From Candidatus Collierbacteria bacterium RIFOXYD2_FULL_45_13 (GTDB lineage: Bacteria; Patescibacteriota; Microgenomatia; UBA1400; MFAQ01): a stretch of 64,000 bases of DNA. Made by a program: the position numbers and the translations under genes. The stretch lies in assembly GCA_001774685.1 (NCBI GenBank), contig MFAS01000001.1, positions 415,557 to 479,556 of the forward strand. Direction: 5' to 3'. The notes below the pieces were generated by a model. It was not told the origin of the DNA, made no database searches, and saw only the letters and a list, made by a program, of their open reading frames with translations. Below are positions 46,548 to 55,739 of the stretch, in pieces (position 1 is the stretch's first letter; each line of letters opens with the position of its first letter).

Positions 46548-47657
46548 ATGACTTCAGATTCTCAGATCGATCTAGCCAGCCTCAAAAATAGGGCCAAGGA
46601 TATCGTCGATAAGCTAAACTTACCGGCTCTTCGTTTGGATTTGGAAAAGTTGACTTTTGAGTCGGGGCTGCCGGGTCTCTGGACGGACGAAGCTCACGCC
46701 AAGGACGTTATGTCTCGTGTGGCTGGTGTTCGCGGCTCCATCGAATCGGCTGAAAGGTTGATGGCCGATCTGCAAAGTCTGGGGGAACTTCTGGAAATGT
46801 CAAAAACCTCAGAGGATGAAAGTATGAATAGAGACATCAAGATTCTCTACGAAACTTTACAGAGAAGTGTCGAAAAGATGGAACTCATTACCTTTCTTTC
46901 CGGTATTTACGATTCTTCGGAGGCCGTTTTTTCCATCAAAGCCGGACAGGGAGGTACCGAAGCTATGGACTGGGCGAGCATGCTTAGCCGGATGTATACT
47001 CGTTTTTTTGAGAAAAGAGGTTGGAGTTACGAAACGGTAGAATACTCGCCCGGGGAAGAAGCCGGGATTAAATCTGTCACCTATATTGTGCACGGCCGTT
47101 TCCCCTATGGATATTTGAAAAATGAAAAAGGTACCCACCGCCTGGTCCGGCAGTCTCCGTTCAACGCCGACAAACTGCGACAGACCTCGTTTGCCGGAGT
47201 TGACATCACCCCTCTTCTTCCAGAAGAAGCCGAGGTGGAAATCCGTGACGAAGATATCGAGTTTGAGGCGAGCCGTTCTAGTGGTGCAGGAGGTCAAAAC
47301 GTTAATAAAGTCAGTACGGCTGTTCGCATTAAGCATCTTCCTTCTGGCATCGTCGTCGAGTGCCAGACTCAGCGCTATCAGGATGCGAACAGAAAAATTG
47401 CCATGCAAATACTCAAGTCGAAACTTTGGGAAATTCAGGAAGCCAAGAGACAAGAAGAATTAAACAAAATAAAGGGCCGTGCTACGATCGCTAGTTGGGG
47501 GCACCAGATTCGTTCTTACGTTCTTCATCCTTACAAGCTGGTTAAAGATCTACGCACTGAGTATGAAGAGACCAATCCGGACTCCGTTCTCGATGGTAAC
47601 TTAGATGGCTTTATCGAGTCAGAACTAAAGTACTTCGCCACCACCTCACCACCATGA
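46548..47657 (+). CDS. prfB: Peptide chain release factor 2 (no frameshift)
   Basis: SPF motif 'RLVRQSPF', 'GAGGQNVNK', 'WGHQIRSY'. Confidence 0.95.
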   Translation: MTSDSQIDLASLKNRAKDIVDKLNLPALRLDLEKLTFESGLPGLWTDEAHAKDVMSRVAGVRGSIESAERLMADLQSLGELLEMSKTSEDESMNRDIKILYETLQRSVEKMELITFLSGIYDSSEAVFSIKAGQGGTEAMDWASMLSRMYTRFFEKRGWSYETVEYSPGEEAGIKSVTYIVHGRFPYGYLKNEKGTHRLVRQSPFNADKLRQTSFAGVDITPLLPEEAEVEIRDEDIEFEASRSSGAGGQNVNKVSTAVRIKHLPSGIVVECQTQRYQDANRKIAMQILKSKLWEIQEAKRQEELNKIKGRATIASWGHQIRSYVLHPYKLVKDLRTEYEETNPDSVLDGNLDGFIESELKYFATTSPP

Positions 47658-47709
47658 GTGTCGGGGGAATCTATATAATTAAGTTTCAATATATTTGATA
47701 AGATAAGTC

Positions 47710-48255
47710 ATGGAAATAAAGACAATCGATCTTGATAGAGCTGACCCCGTTACTCCTAGAGTTGATGAAGTTCCGGTCTATCAACCGAAAATTACTAACA
47801 AAAGCATGATCTCTAAATCAAACATCCTCACCGTAGTTACTTTTATTATTGTGGCGGTTGCCGGTTTTTATACCGGAGCCACTCTAAAAACTTCTCTTGG
47901 TGGTAAAACGGCCGGAAGTACCTCGGGAGATTTGAAGAACATCCAAGCCGAAGTACCGGTCACAGGGGTCAAAGTCGGAGACATCTATGGTTCCCCGGAT
48001 GAAAAGGCTTTCAACACCACCGCTACCGGCGTGCTCGACAAAGGCGGTCTCAACGGAGAAGGTACTCACAAGCTGGTACGCCCCGGCGGTCCTTCTCAAA
48101 CTGTTTACATGACCAGTTCCGTAATTGATTTGGATACTCTCATTGGGCACCAAATCACTGTCTGGGGAGAAACATTCAAAGGCCAAAAGGCTGGTTGGCT
48201 AATGGATGTCGGTCGTGTTAAGGTTGAAAACCTGAACATGCCCTTACCAAAATAA
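47710..48255 (+). CDS. Conserved hypothetical membrane protein (possible OB-like C-terminal domain)
   Basis: One TM helix; 'GEGTHKLVRPGGPSQTVY..WGET..GWLMDVG'. Confidence 0.75.
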   Translation: MEIKTIDLDRADPVTPRVDEVPVYQPKITNKSMISKSNILTVVTFIIVAVAGFYTGATLKTSLGGKTAGSTSGDLKNIQAEVPVTGVKVGDIYGSPDEKAFNTTATGVLDKGGLNGEGTHKLVRPGGPSQTVYMTSSVIDLDTLIGHQITVWGETFKGQKAGWLMDVGRVKVENLNMPLPK

Positions 48256-48262
48256 CGATCCC

Positions 48263-48306
48263 GTCATTGCGAGTTTCGTACTCGAACCGTGGCAATCTCA
48301 CTCCAC
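48263..48306 (+). repeat. Palindromic repeat copy D
   Basis: GTCATTGCGAGTTTCGTACTCGAACCGTGGCAATCTCACTCCAC. Confidence 0.85.
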
Positions 48307-48344
48307 ACAGTCAACGATAATTAATAATTAGACGGCATACAACC

Positions 48345-49133
48345 TTGATTGATTTTTCCCATATTACCAAGTCGTACCCCAATGGCGATGTGGTTCTGAA
48401 TGATGTAAATTTTTCCGTCTCACCTGGAGAATTTGTCGTGATCACCGGTAAGTCCGGAGCCGGGAAAACTACCTTGGGGCGTTTACTTATTCGCGATCTT
48501 CTTCCCATCAAAGGGAAAATAGTTATCGATGGTGAAGATCTTAATCAGATTAAACCGAAAAATATACCCCTGATCAGAAGAAAGGTGGGGTTCGTCTTTC
48601 AAGATTACAAAATTATTCCGGATAAAACTATCGGTGAAAACATCACTATCGCCTTGGAGATTGGTGGATACAACCGCAAAAAAATCCAGGAAAAGATTAC
48701 GGAATTACTCAAAATTGTTGGGATACCGGGTAAAGAGCATTTATTTCCTGGTCAACTATCCGGTGGAGAAGTTCAGCGAGCCGCTATTGCCCGAGCCATC
48801 GCTTGCGAGCCGGCCATTTTATTCGCCGATGAACCTACAGGGAACCTTGACAAAGATACCTCTGTTGAAATCTTTAACCTCCTCAAAAAAATCAACGATG
48901 GTGGTACCACCGTTATCTTGGCCACTCACGATGTTACCTTGATCGGTTTGAACCCGGATCGCAATATCCATCTGGAAAAGGGTAAGATAGTTTCAGATGT
49001 CGATGGCAAACCATCCAAATCGGAGCCATCTTCCGATTCCTCGTCATTGCGAGAAGGTACTCCGACGTGGCCCGCTGGTCCCCGAAGGGGGAAATCTCAC
49101 TCCACCAAGCGTAAAATAAATATCAATAAATGA
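48345..49133 (+). CDS. ftsE: Cell division ATP-binding protein FtsE
   Basis: GKSGAGKT, 'RRKVGFVFQDYK', ADEPTGNLD; upstream of ftsX. Confidence 0.92.
   Translation: MIDFSHITKSYPNGDVVLNDVNFSVSPGEFVVITGKSGAGKTTLGRLLIRDLLPIKGKIVIDGEDLNQIKPKNIPLIRRKVGFVFQDYKIIPDKTIGENITIALEIGGYNRKKIQEKITELLKIVGIPGKEHLFPGQLSGGEVQRAAIARAIACEPAILFADEPTGNLDKDTSVEIFNLLKKINDGGTTVILATHDVTLIGLNPDRNIHLEKGKIVSDVDGKPSKSEPSSDSSSLREGTPTWPAGPRRGKSHSTKRKININK
49043..49105 (+). repeat. Palindromic repeat copy E, inside the ftsE 3' end
   Basis: GTCATTGCGAG...CGTGGC-[insert]-AATCTCACTCCAC. Confidence 0.75.
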
Positions 49134-50035
49134 ACACCGCTCTAAAAAATATCCGCCGCTCGCCCTTTCAAGCCTTGTCTGCTGTTTTTATTATTAGTCT
49201 GACCCTCTTCGTAGTTGGCATCTTTACCCTGGTCACTCTAGCCTCTCACGTTATCCTACTCAATTTCGAAACCAAACCCCAGATCATTGCCTACCTTAAA
49301 GATGGCCATACTACGGACCAAGTAGCCGGGCTCATCAGCACCATGACTTCTACCCAAGGCGTCAAAAATGCCGTGTACATCAGTAAGGCAGAAGCCTTGG
49401 AGATTTACAAAAAGAGCGTCGGCAATGACCCGGTATTGTTGGGCACCGTTACGGACTGGGGGATTGTCACCGCCGATATCCTCCCGGCCAGCGTCGAAAT
49501 CACCGCTTCCGATCCAAGTGCTTTCAATACTATTGTTTCTATCATGGAGAAATCAGACATTGTCAGCGCCACGCCACAAGGAAAAAAAGAAATCGACTTT
49601 CCCCAGGACGTCATTTCTGAGCTTACCAAATGGACCAACGCCATTCGCGGAGCCGGACTGATCCTCATCATCGCTCTGACATTTGTTTGTATTTTGACCG
49701 TCATGATTATTATTTCCATGAAAATTTCGGGCAGAAGGACTGAAATTAGCACCCTCAAACTTTTGGGAGCTCAAAACCTCTACATCATCAAGCCTTATAT
49801 TACCGAATCTCTTATCTACGGCTTATTGGGAGCCTTCTTCGGTTGGACTCTTAGCTACATCGCCCTTCTTTATTCCACCCCCTTTCTGGCACCCAGGCTT
49901 GGAGGCGTCATTTCTTTCCCCATACCTTACTGGATCAACCTTTCCCTCCTGGTTGGTTTACTGGCTTTTGGTTTAATCCTGTCTCTCATCTCTAGCTTTT
50001 TTGCCGCCGCTAGATTTGTCAAGAGATCAAGATGA
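49130..50035 (+). CDS. ftsX: Cell division permease FtsX
   Basis: 'YISKAEAL', 'LPASVEI', 'RRTEI..KLLGA...I.KPY..E'. Confidence 0.92.
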   Translation: MNTALKNIRRSPFQALSAVFIISLTLFVVGIFTLVTLASHVILLNFETKPQIIAYLKDGHTTDQVAGLISTMTSTQGVKNAVYISKAEALEIYKKSVGNDPVLLGTVTDWGIVTADILPASVEITASDPSAFNTIVSIMEKSDIVSATPQGKKEIDFPQDVISELTKWTNAIRGAGLILIIALTFVCILTVMIIISMKISGRRTEISTLKLLGAQNLYIIKPYITESLIYGLLGAFFGWTLSYIALLYSTPFLAPRLGGVISFPIPYWINLSLLVGLLAFGLILSLISSFFAAARFVKRSR

Positions 50036-51249
50036 AAAAAGTTTGTTTGCTACTTGCCGCCTTATTTTTTCTGATGGTCCCCACGAAAATATTTGCGGTT
50101 AATTGTGATGATAAGCCAGCCGACAATCTTAGTCAAACTGACCTGGAGACCTTTTGGAAAGATGTCAGTACTGCATGCGCCACCCAGATTGCCCAAAACC
50201 GAAATGACCAAAACACTCTCAAGCAAGCAATCTCGTCTCTAAACGCCAAAATCAACTTGACTCAAGCCCAGATAAATCAAACTACGGTTCAAATTGCCTC
50301 ACTAGAAAAAGATATTACCGTCTTGAGTGGCGTCTTGGAGACAGTCAATCAATCAGTAATCGAACTCACACAAATATATCTGGCACGGGTAAAAGAAAGT
50401 TATCGACGCACACGGATCACTCCTGTCGATCTGATTTTTTCGACAAATTCTTTTGGTGACTACTTTACAAAACTCAAATACCTAAATTCTCTCAAGGCTA
50501 AAGATCAGCTTATCCTGGCAGAACTGGAAAATTCGCGAAAAGATTACGACTTACGCAAACAAACGAAAATCACAAAACAACTAGAAATTGAAAAGCTCAA
50601 GACAAAGCTCATCACACAGCAAAAGGTTATAGTGACCCAGCAAAAAGACAAACAAAGCCTGCTCGCTTCGACGCAAAATGATGAAAAAAGATTTCAAGAT
50701 CTTCTAAAACAGGCTAATGCTCAAGTCGCGGCCTTCAAGAAATTTACTTCTGGAGCAACTCCTCTATCCAATCAGACTCATTGCGATGGCTGGGGTTGTT
50801 ATTACAGTCAGCGTGATTCGGCCTGGTTTTATCACAATATTGGCAACTCCCCCGAAATTTTGGGTCAAGTTGGGTGTTTGATAACCTCCACCGCCATGGT
50901 TGCTTCTCACTATGGTAAAAGTTTAAAGCCTAGTGATATCGCCAGTAGCAACGAACCCTTTTTCCTGGACACTGCTTATATGAAATTTGACCCATGGTCT
51001 GTCAACGGTGTCCAGATAATTCGATCCACTATCAGTAAAGACAAGGCCGACGAAGAGATCAATGCCGGTCGGCCGGTAATCGCCGGTCTCAATACGGGTA
51101 ATGGAACCCATTTCATCGTTCTGAAAGGCAAAGATGGCGACAACTACATTATGAATGATCCTTATATGGAGAATGGCTATGATAAGCCATTTTCTGGCAC
51201 ATATAATCTAAACCAGGTTTTTCGATTTGATAAAGTTTCTGTCAATTAA
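50032..51249 (+). CDS. PcsB/CwlO-like coiled-coil protein with a C39-like peptidase domain
   Basis: Signal peptide, long coiled coil, 'YSQRDSAW..GCLITSTAMV..HFIVL..MNDP'. Confidence 0.8.
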   Translation: MKKVCLLLAALFFLMVPTKIFAVNCDDKPADNLSQTDLETFWKDVSTACATQIAQNRNDQNTLKQAISSLNAKINLTQAQINQTTVQIASLEKDITVLSGVLETVNQSVIELTQIYLARVKESYRRTRITPVDLIFSTNSFGDYFTKLKYLNSLKAKDQLILAELENSRKDYDLRKQTKITKQLEIEKLKTKLITQQKVIVTQQKDKQSLLASTQNDEKRFQDLLKQANAQVAAFKKFTSGATPLSNQTHCDGWGCYYSQRDSAWFYHNIGNSPEILGQVGCLITSTAMVASHYGKSLKPSDIASSNEPFFLDTAYMKFDPWSVNGVQIIRSTISKDKADEEINAGRPVIAGLNTGNGTHFIVLKGKDGDNYIMNDPYMENGYDKPFSGTYNLNQVFRFDKVSVN

Positions 51250-51252
51250 TCT

Positions 51253-51286
51253 AAAAAAAAGAAGCCTCCCGTTACACGGGAGGCTC
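51253..51286 (-). terminator. Intrinsic terminator ending the candidate ncRNA
   Basis: Minus strand AGCCTCCCG-TGTAA-CGGGAGGCT followed by T8. Confidence 0.85.
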
Positions 51287-51542
51287 TCACCAATAAGAGT
51301 CGACTTCAGAAGTTCACCCCCCAGTGGAGGGCACCTTTTTGAACCAGTCGATAATACGGTTCAAACGCGGTACTTCTTTGTCAACTTCTCCCACCGGAAG
51401 GTGGAATCGGGCTTAAAACCCGGGCACGGAGTCGCACCGTGCACTAAAGGCAAGCTCCGGGAACAAGGCTAGGCACTGGAGGTCGGGAAACCCGAACTCT
51501 ATATACACCCAAACGCCCCATGCCCAGACCGCCTTTTAACAA
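51253..51542 (-). ncRNA. Structured non-coding RNA, 6S-like features with a branched interior
   Basis: Own consensus promoter and terminator; long-range helix 51474-51482/51318-51326; TTTGAACC...GGTTCAAA hairpin; no credible ORF. Confidence 0.6.
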
Positions 51543-51548
51543 CTTTGT

Positions 51549-51576
51549 ATTATAAGCCCAAGTTTCTCATTGTCAA
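51549..51576 (-). promoter_or_regulatory. Sigma70 promoter overlapping the helicase stop codon
   Basis: TTGACA-16 bp-TATAAT on the minus strand; the TGA stop lies within TTGACA. Confidence 0.8.
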
Positions 51577-54455
51577 GCCTTTTTAAGGACTTCTTTCAGC
51601 TTCAATCCTATCTTAGAGACCCCCTTTTCTTCCGTTACACTCAGCACTTCCACGCGGACCAGGTCACCTATACTCAGGATGTCGCTCGGCTTGTTTACCC
51701 ATGTGCCCATCTTGGAGATGTGGATCAGGCCTTGGTAGCCAAGATCCAGGGAAACAAACGTTCCGAAAGCCGCAAAATTGACTACTCTTGCTTCCAGAAG
51801 TTGTCCAACTTTGTACCGGTTTATCGGGCTATTTTCCGGAATAGCCAGGCTCATCCTAATGCTCTGACGTTCCTTGTCGAACTCGATCACCTTAGCTTTG
51901 ATAGACTCACCGTGACGAATTACTTGGGTAGCGTCTTTGATGAACGAGCTCTTGTTGATTTCACTGACATGGATATAGACATTCATATTTTCCGGAGTAT
52001 TGGCAAAGACGCCTCCACTGATGACGGATTTAACTTTCACTTCCAGAACCCGTCCCAAAGGATAAGTCTTGGCCATGCTTCTTTCCCAATCTTCCTCGAC
52101 CAATGCGATGGCCTCCTCGAGAGTCAGGTCCATCCCTTCGAAAACCCGGGCACAGGCCTCATCGGCATCATCGTTTGCGTCCAATCCAATCAGCTCTCTC
52201 GCCAGTGCAAGCGACGAAAGATTGTCAGCAACGCTTTTTGCTACCGCCTTTTTTCGTTCTGCCGGTAAGAACATCTGATAAGTAGCGCTCGTACCGCTAT
52301 CAGCAGAAATCTTCGGGTTGTAGGAATACCCGCTTTCGGCCACTTCTTTGTAAGGTATGCAATAAGCCAAAATCATTCTTGCCCGGTTAAGCAATCGGAA
52401 ATCAATTTCTCGGAAGTTGCTATCTTTTTTGTGGGTATTCAACAGTCTTAGTATCTGATTCCGCTCGGTGTCAACCTCTTCAATTACCTGCATATTTACG
52501 TAGTATTCTGCACACCAGATTTCCCGGCGTTCGGCCAAACTCTGTTTCTTCACCGATTTTTTCTGACGTTCGGGCGGACTGATCCACAATTGGTAGAGTT
52601 TCAAAATAAACTCCACGTCGTCTTTGCAGTTTTTCCAAAGTAGCTGGTGGGCTATTTTAGCCTTTTGAGCTTCTTTTTTATCCCAATCGTCATTCGATGT
52701 CAACAAGTATTTGTGACCACCATTCTTAATGACCGGCAGTAATGTAGCTACCTCCACTGCACAGCCAAATCTATCGGAAAGAATAATAAGGTCGGTCAGT
52801 TTGCTGGTGTAAGCAAACTCCCTGAGCATAGATCCGTACTCCGTGAGCATCTCATCTTCGTCGATAGCCTTACTCGCCTTTAGTGAGGTAAGCGATCTGG
52901 AAAGTTCGGCTTCTTTTGGTTTTTCAATCCAACCCTCACCGAGGTCATCCACGCCCAATCTTTTTAGAAGCAAGACGATTTCTTCCATAGACGATCTTTG
53001 AATCGCCGGAATGGGGAAGGGGAGCATCGATTTAAACTGTTCTTCCGAATACAAGCAATAAACATCACCTGGTGCAGTTCTTCCCGAGCGTCCCCATCTT
53101 TGTTTAGCGTTTGCTTGGGAAATTAGAGTCAGACCGACTTTGGTTTCCAAAGTCTCCGACCTCCAGTTGGCTTGATTTTCAACTCCGGTTTCTACCACAT
53201 AGACAACCCCGGAAACCGTCACCGACGCTTCGGCGACATTAGTACTGACGATCACACGAATCTTGCCAGAGTTTGAATCTCTCAGAACAACATCCTTCAC
53301 TCCCTTATCCAGGTCGCTGTAAAGAGGATAAACTTCGACCTTATCTCGAAGGTTGTCACTCTGCCCAATCGCTTTCTTCAATCCCGACACGGCTTCCTCA
53401 ATCGGTTTTACTCCTTGAAGAAAAGCCAGGATGTTTCCCTTAACTTTTCTACCGGAGAGTTGCTCGTTGAGTAACCACATTACCTTTTTTGTCATGGCCG
53501 AAACAATCAAGTTCCTTAAATGTGGTGGGTTGTCGTAGGGCAGCTTTTCACTTTCGGGAGCAAAATTAACCTTGTATTCAAACTTTCTTTTTGCTTCAAA
53601 CTCGATAATTTTGGCCGTATCACAGCCAAAGTAGTTTAGGAAAAGATTTTTGTTGATCGTCGCACTGACGATTAGCACTTTTAAATGGGGATAAAGCGGC
53701 AATTGATCTTTCAGAAGCCGCAAAATGATATCGATGTTCTCCGATCTTTCATGAGCTTCATCGATCATCACCACACTCAAGTCCGACAGCTGACCTTTCA
53801 TAATCATATTGATCAGACTTCCGTCGGTAGCCAAAAACGCCGCATTAAAACGATCGGTATTTCGGTCCTTACTGTACCGGTATCCAATATCAAAACCCTT
53901 ACCGACAGTCGATCCAAGTAGCACCCCCATATATTCTGCAATGGAGGTAGTGGCTACGATTCTCGGCTGGGTGATCAGGATTTGGCCGTCACGGATAAAG
54001 AAATCTGCGGGCACTCCTTTTGGAGGAAAAATCAGCCAGTAGGGGAGGGCCGTGGACTTTCCGGATCCGGTCTCCCCGATAATAATGGCTACCTGATGGT
54101 TCTTATCTTTTAACCACTGATAAATTTCTACAATTTTATCCGGAGTAGCCCCAAATTGAGTTTCATCAAAGGTGGACGGTTTCTCCACTTTCGTATGGGG
54201 TCTCTGCGGATGATAAACCATCCCCAATTCTCCAGGGAGAGCGATCGAGAGATCCTCTCCAGGGAGTGTCTTCACCGAGAAATAAGCCGCTCCCATCGTC
54301 ATTTTTTCCAAGAGTAGTGCTTTGCGGCACTCTTCACAATATTCCGGGCGTGACTGCCCATACTCTTTAATTTTTTCGTACATCATTCCGGAGTATCCAA
54401 TTTCAATTCCACACCTCTTACACTTGACCGTATACTCTACCGTTGTTCTGGTCAT
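51573..54455 (-). CDS. DEAH-box (HrpA/Prp22-like) helicase with N-terminal Zn ribbon and two C-terminal S1 domains
   Basis: CKRC...CEEC; GETGSGKST, TQPR, DEAH, SAT, STNVAE, QRWGRSGR; HA2-like region; S1 motifs 'YIHVSEI' and 'GLIHISKM'; SD AAAAGGAG. Confidence 0.9.
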   Translation of the reverse strand: MTRTTVEYTVKCKRCGIEIGYSGMMYEKIKEYGQSRPEYCEECRKALLLEKMTMGAAYFSVKTLPGEDLSIALPGELGMVYHPQRPHTKVEKPSTFDETQFGATPDKIVEIYQWLKDKNHQVAIIIGETGSGKSTALPYWLIFPPKGVPADFFIRDGQILITQPRIVATTSIAEYMGVLLGSTVGKGFDIGYRYSKDRNTDRFNAAFLATDGSLINMIMKGQLSDLSVVMIDEAHERSENIDIILRLLKDQLPLYPHLKVLIVSATINKNLFLNYFGCDTAKIIEFEAKRKFEYKVNFAPESEKLPYDNPPHLRNLIVSAMTKKVMWLLNEQLSGRKVKGNILAFLQGVKPIEEAVSGLKKAIGQSDNLRDKVEVYPLYSDLDKGVKDVVLRDSNSGKIRVIVSTNVAEASVTVSGVVYVVETGVENQANWRSETLETKVGLTLISQANAKQRWGRSGRTAPGDVYCLYSEEQFKSMLPFPIPAIQRSSMEEIVLLLKRLGVDDLGEGWIEKPKEAELSRSLTSLKASKAIDEDEMLTEYGSMLREFAYTSKLTDLIILSDRFGCAVEVATLLPVIKNGGHKYLLTSNDDWDKKEAQKAKIAHQLLWKNCKDDVEFILKLYQLWISPPERQKKSVKKQSLAERREIWCAEYYVNMQVIEEVDTERNQILRLLNTHKKDSNFREIDFRLLNRARMILAYCIPYKEVAESGYSYNPKISADSGTSATYQMFLPAERKKAVAKSVADNLSSLALARELIGLDANDDADEACARVFEGMDLTLEEAIALVEEDWERSMAKTYPLGRVLEVKVKSVISGGVFANTPENMNVYIHVSEINKSSFIKDATQVIRHGESIKAKVIEFDKERQSIRMSLAIPENSPINRYKVGQLLEARVVNFAAFGTFVSLDLGYQGLIHISKMGTWVNKPSDILSIGDLVRVEVLSVTEEKGVSKIGLKLKEVLKKA

Positions 54456-54548
54456 TGTCACACTCCTTTTGTTGTCAATGTTCGGTCATCCTTGAAGGAT
54501 GCTCTGATTCTACGCCCAAGCCATCAAAAAACAAATAGCCACAAAAAC

Positions 54549-54579
54549 AAAAAACCGAGGGTGAATATTCACTCTCGGT
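54549..54579 (-). terminator. Intrinsic terminator after the 3-gene operon
   Basis: Minus strand ACCGAGAGTGAA-TA-TTCACCCTCGGT followed by a T tract. Confidence 0.75.
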
Positions 54580-54590
54580 AGTCACACGGG

Positions 54591-55739
54591 TTAGCTCCAG
54601 ACCCTTCCTTCCTCATATTCTTCCCCAAAATAATAATGAGGAATTACCTCCAACTCCGGCGCCGATTTTTCTCTTTTCAACAGTTCTTCAGTTAGCGCTC
54701 GATAAAAACCAACCACAGCCGGCTGGAATCCAGTCTGGAAGAAGGCGATTCGATAGATCCCCTCACTCCGTAATTTTTCGAAAATTTCTTTCGCTCTTAC
54801 ATAAGCCGCCTCATCCGATTCTGCGGCTGTTTTCCCGATGGAGATTTCCTGGTTTCGGAAGAAATACACCTTCACCACCTCGTCCATTTCATGATGCCTT
54901 CCGCTCATCATTCCCACGTTTAAGATGGGATGTTTGGACAAAGCCTTCAGTTTTTCACTTCTAAACTTAAGACAGCGGATCGGTAATGGTTTGCCTTTCG
55001 ATCCGTCAGCGTAAATTACCGGTAAATACATCGGTCTTCCACCTTGATATACAAATTCGCGCAGTATCTCGGTAATGACATTGTGTGCCAGATCACTAAA
55101 ATTGACACCCGTCTGAATTCCTTTCTCCATATCAGCGATCACGGTGTTGATCTGATTCCTGAGGGCCATGAACGAGTTAACGTCTTTGGCGGAGGTAATC
55201 TTGTCGCTCACAGGAATTGATAAAAATTTAGATATCAGTCCGTCTTCGGGATTTACCTCTGCATCTTCGGTAATCAGCTGCTCTTGCAGTTCCAGTATGT
55301 GTAACTTATTTTTTTCGGCATCACGATAGAAGCGTATTTTTTCTTGTATTTCTTTCCGGTCGGAAACGCCTGCCCGCTTTACCAGGTTTTCGAACAGACT
55401 GATCTGCTCGGTGATTTTGGACCATGGACAGAAGTTGGCCGATACTCTAGCGGACCTGAATTCAACAGGGAAACGTGCCTGTATTTGCAGCAGAAGTTCA
55501 AAATACTCGATTCCCAACTCCACTGACCGAACCGATTTATTCATACCGATAAAACTACCCAAGTATTCCATTCGGTCACACAGGATATGATAACGCCGCT
55601 GTTCATCATCGGGGTTTACCCCCTTCCTCAAACGCTCTTCGATCTTGAGGGCTTTAGACATCAGTACCCTCAAGTCAAGCCTCTCGACGAGGCATGCATC
55701 ATCAGGAACGGCAATCAGCTTTATGGAAGTTTTCATCAT
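54591..55739 (-). CDS. Hypothetical protein: helical N-terminus plus C-terminal Rossmann-like domain (GRH / QTG motifs)
   Basis: 382 aa, ATGA overlap with the upstream gene, SD GAAGGAG. Confidence 0.8.
   Translation of the reverse strand: MMKTSIKLIAVPDDACLVERLDLRVLMSKALKIEERLRKGVNPDDEQRRYHILCDRMEYLGSFIGMNKSVRSVELGIEYFELLLQIQARFPVEFRSARVSANFCPWSKITEQISLFENLVKRAGVSDRKEIQEKIRFYRDAEKNKLHILELQEQLITEDAEVNPEDGLISKFLSIPVSDKITSAKDVNSFMALRNQINTVIADMEKGIQTGVNFSDLAHNVITEILREFVYQGGRPMYLPVIYADGSKGKPLPIRCLKFRSEKLKALSKHPILNVGMMSGRHHEMDEVVKVYFFRNQEISIGKTAAESDEAAYVRAKEIFEKLRSEGIYRIAFFQTGFQPAVVGFYRALTEELLKREKSAPELEVIPHYYFGEEYEEGRVWS

Noticed and set aside
51290-51345. Possible (permuted) tmRNA, suggested by minus-strand CCTCCAC..GGGGGTGAA..TCGAC
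   Set aside because: There is no proper T-arm/CCA acceptor and no tag reading frame before the terminator; these bases are better explained by the long-range closing helix.
51570-52268. 232-aa plus-strand ORF
   Set aside because: It is the antisense shadow of the S1 domains of the helicase.
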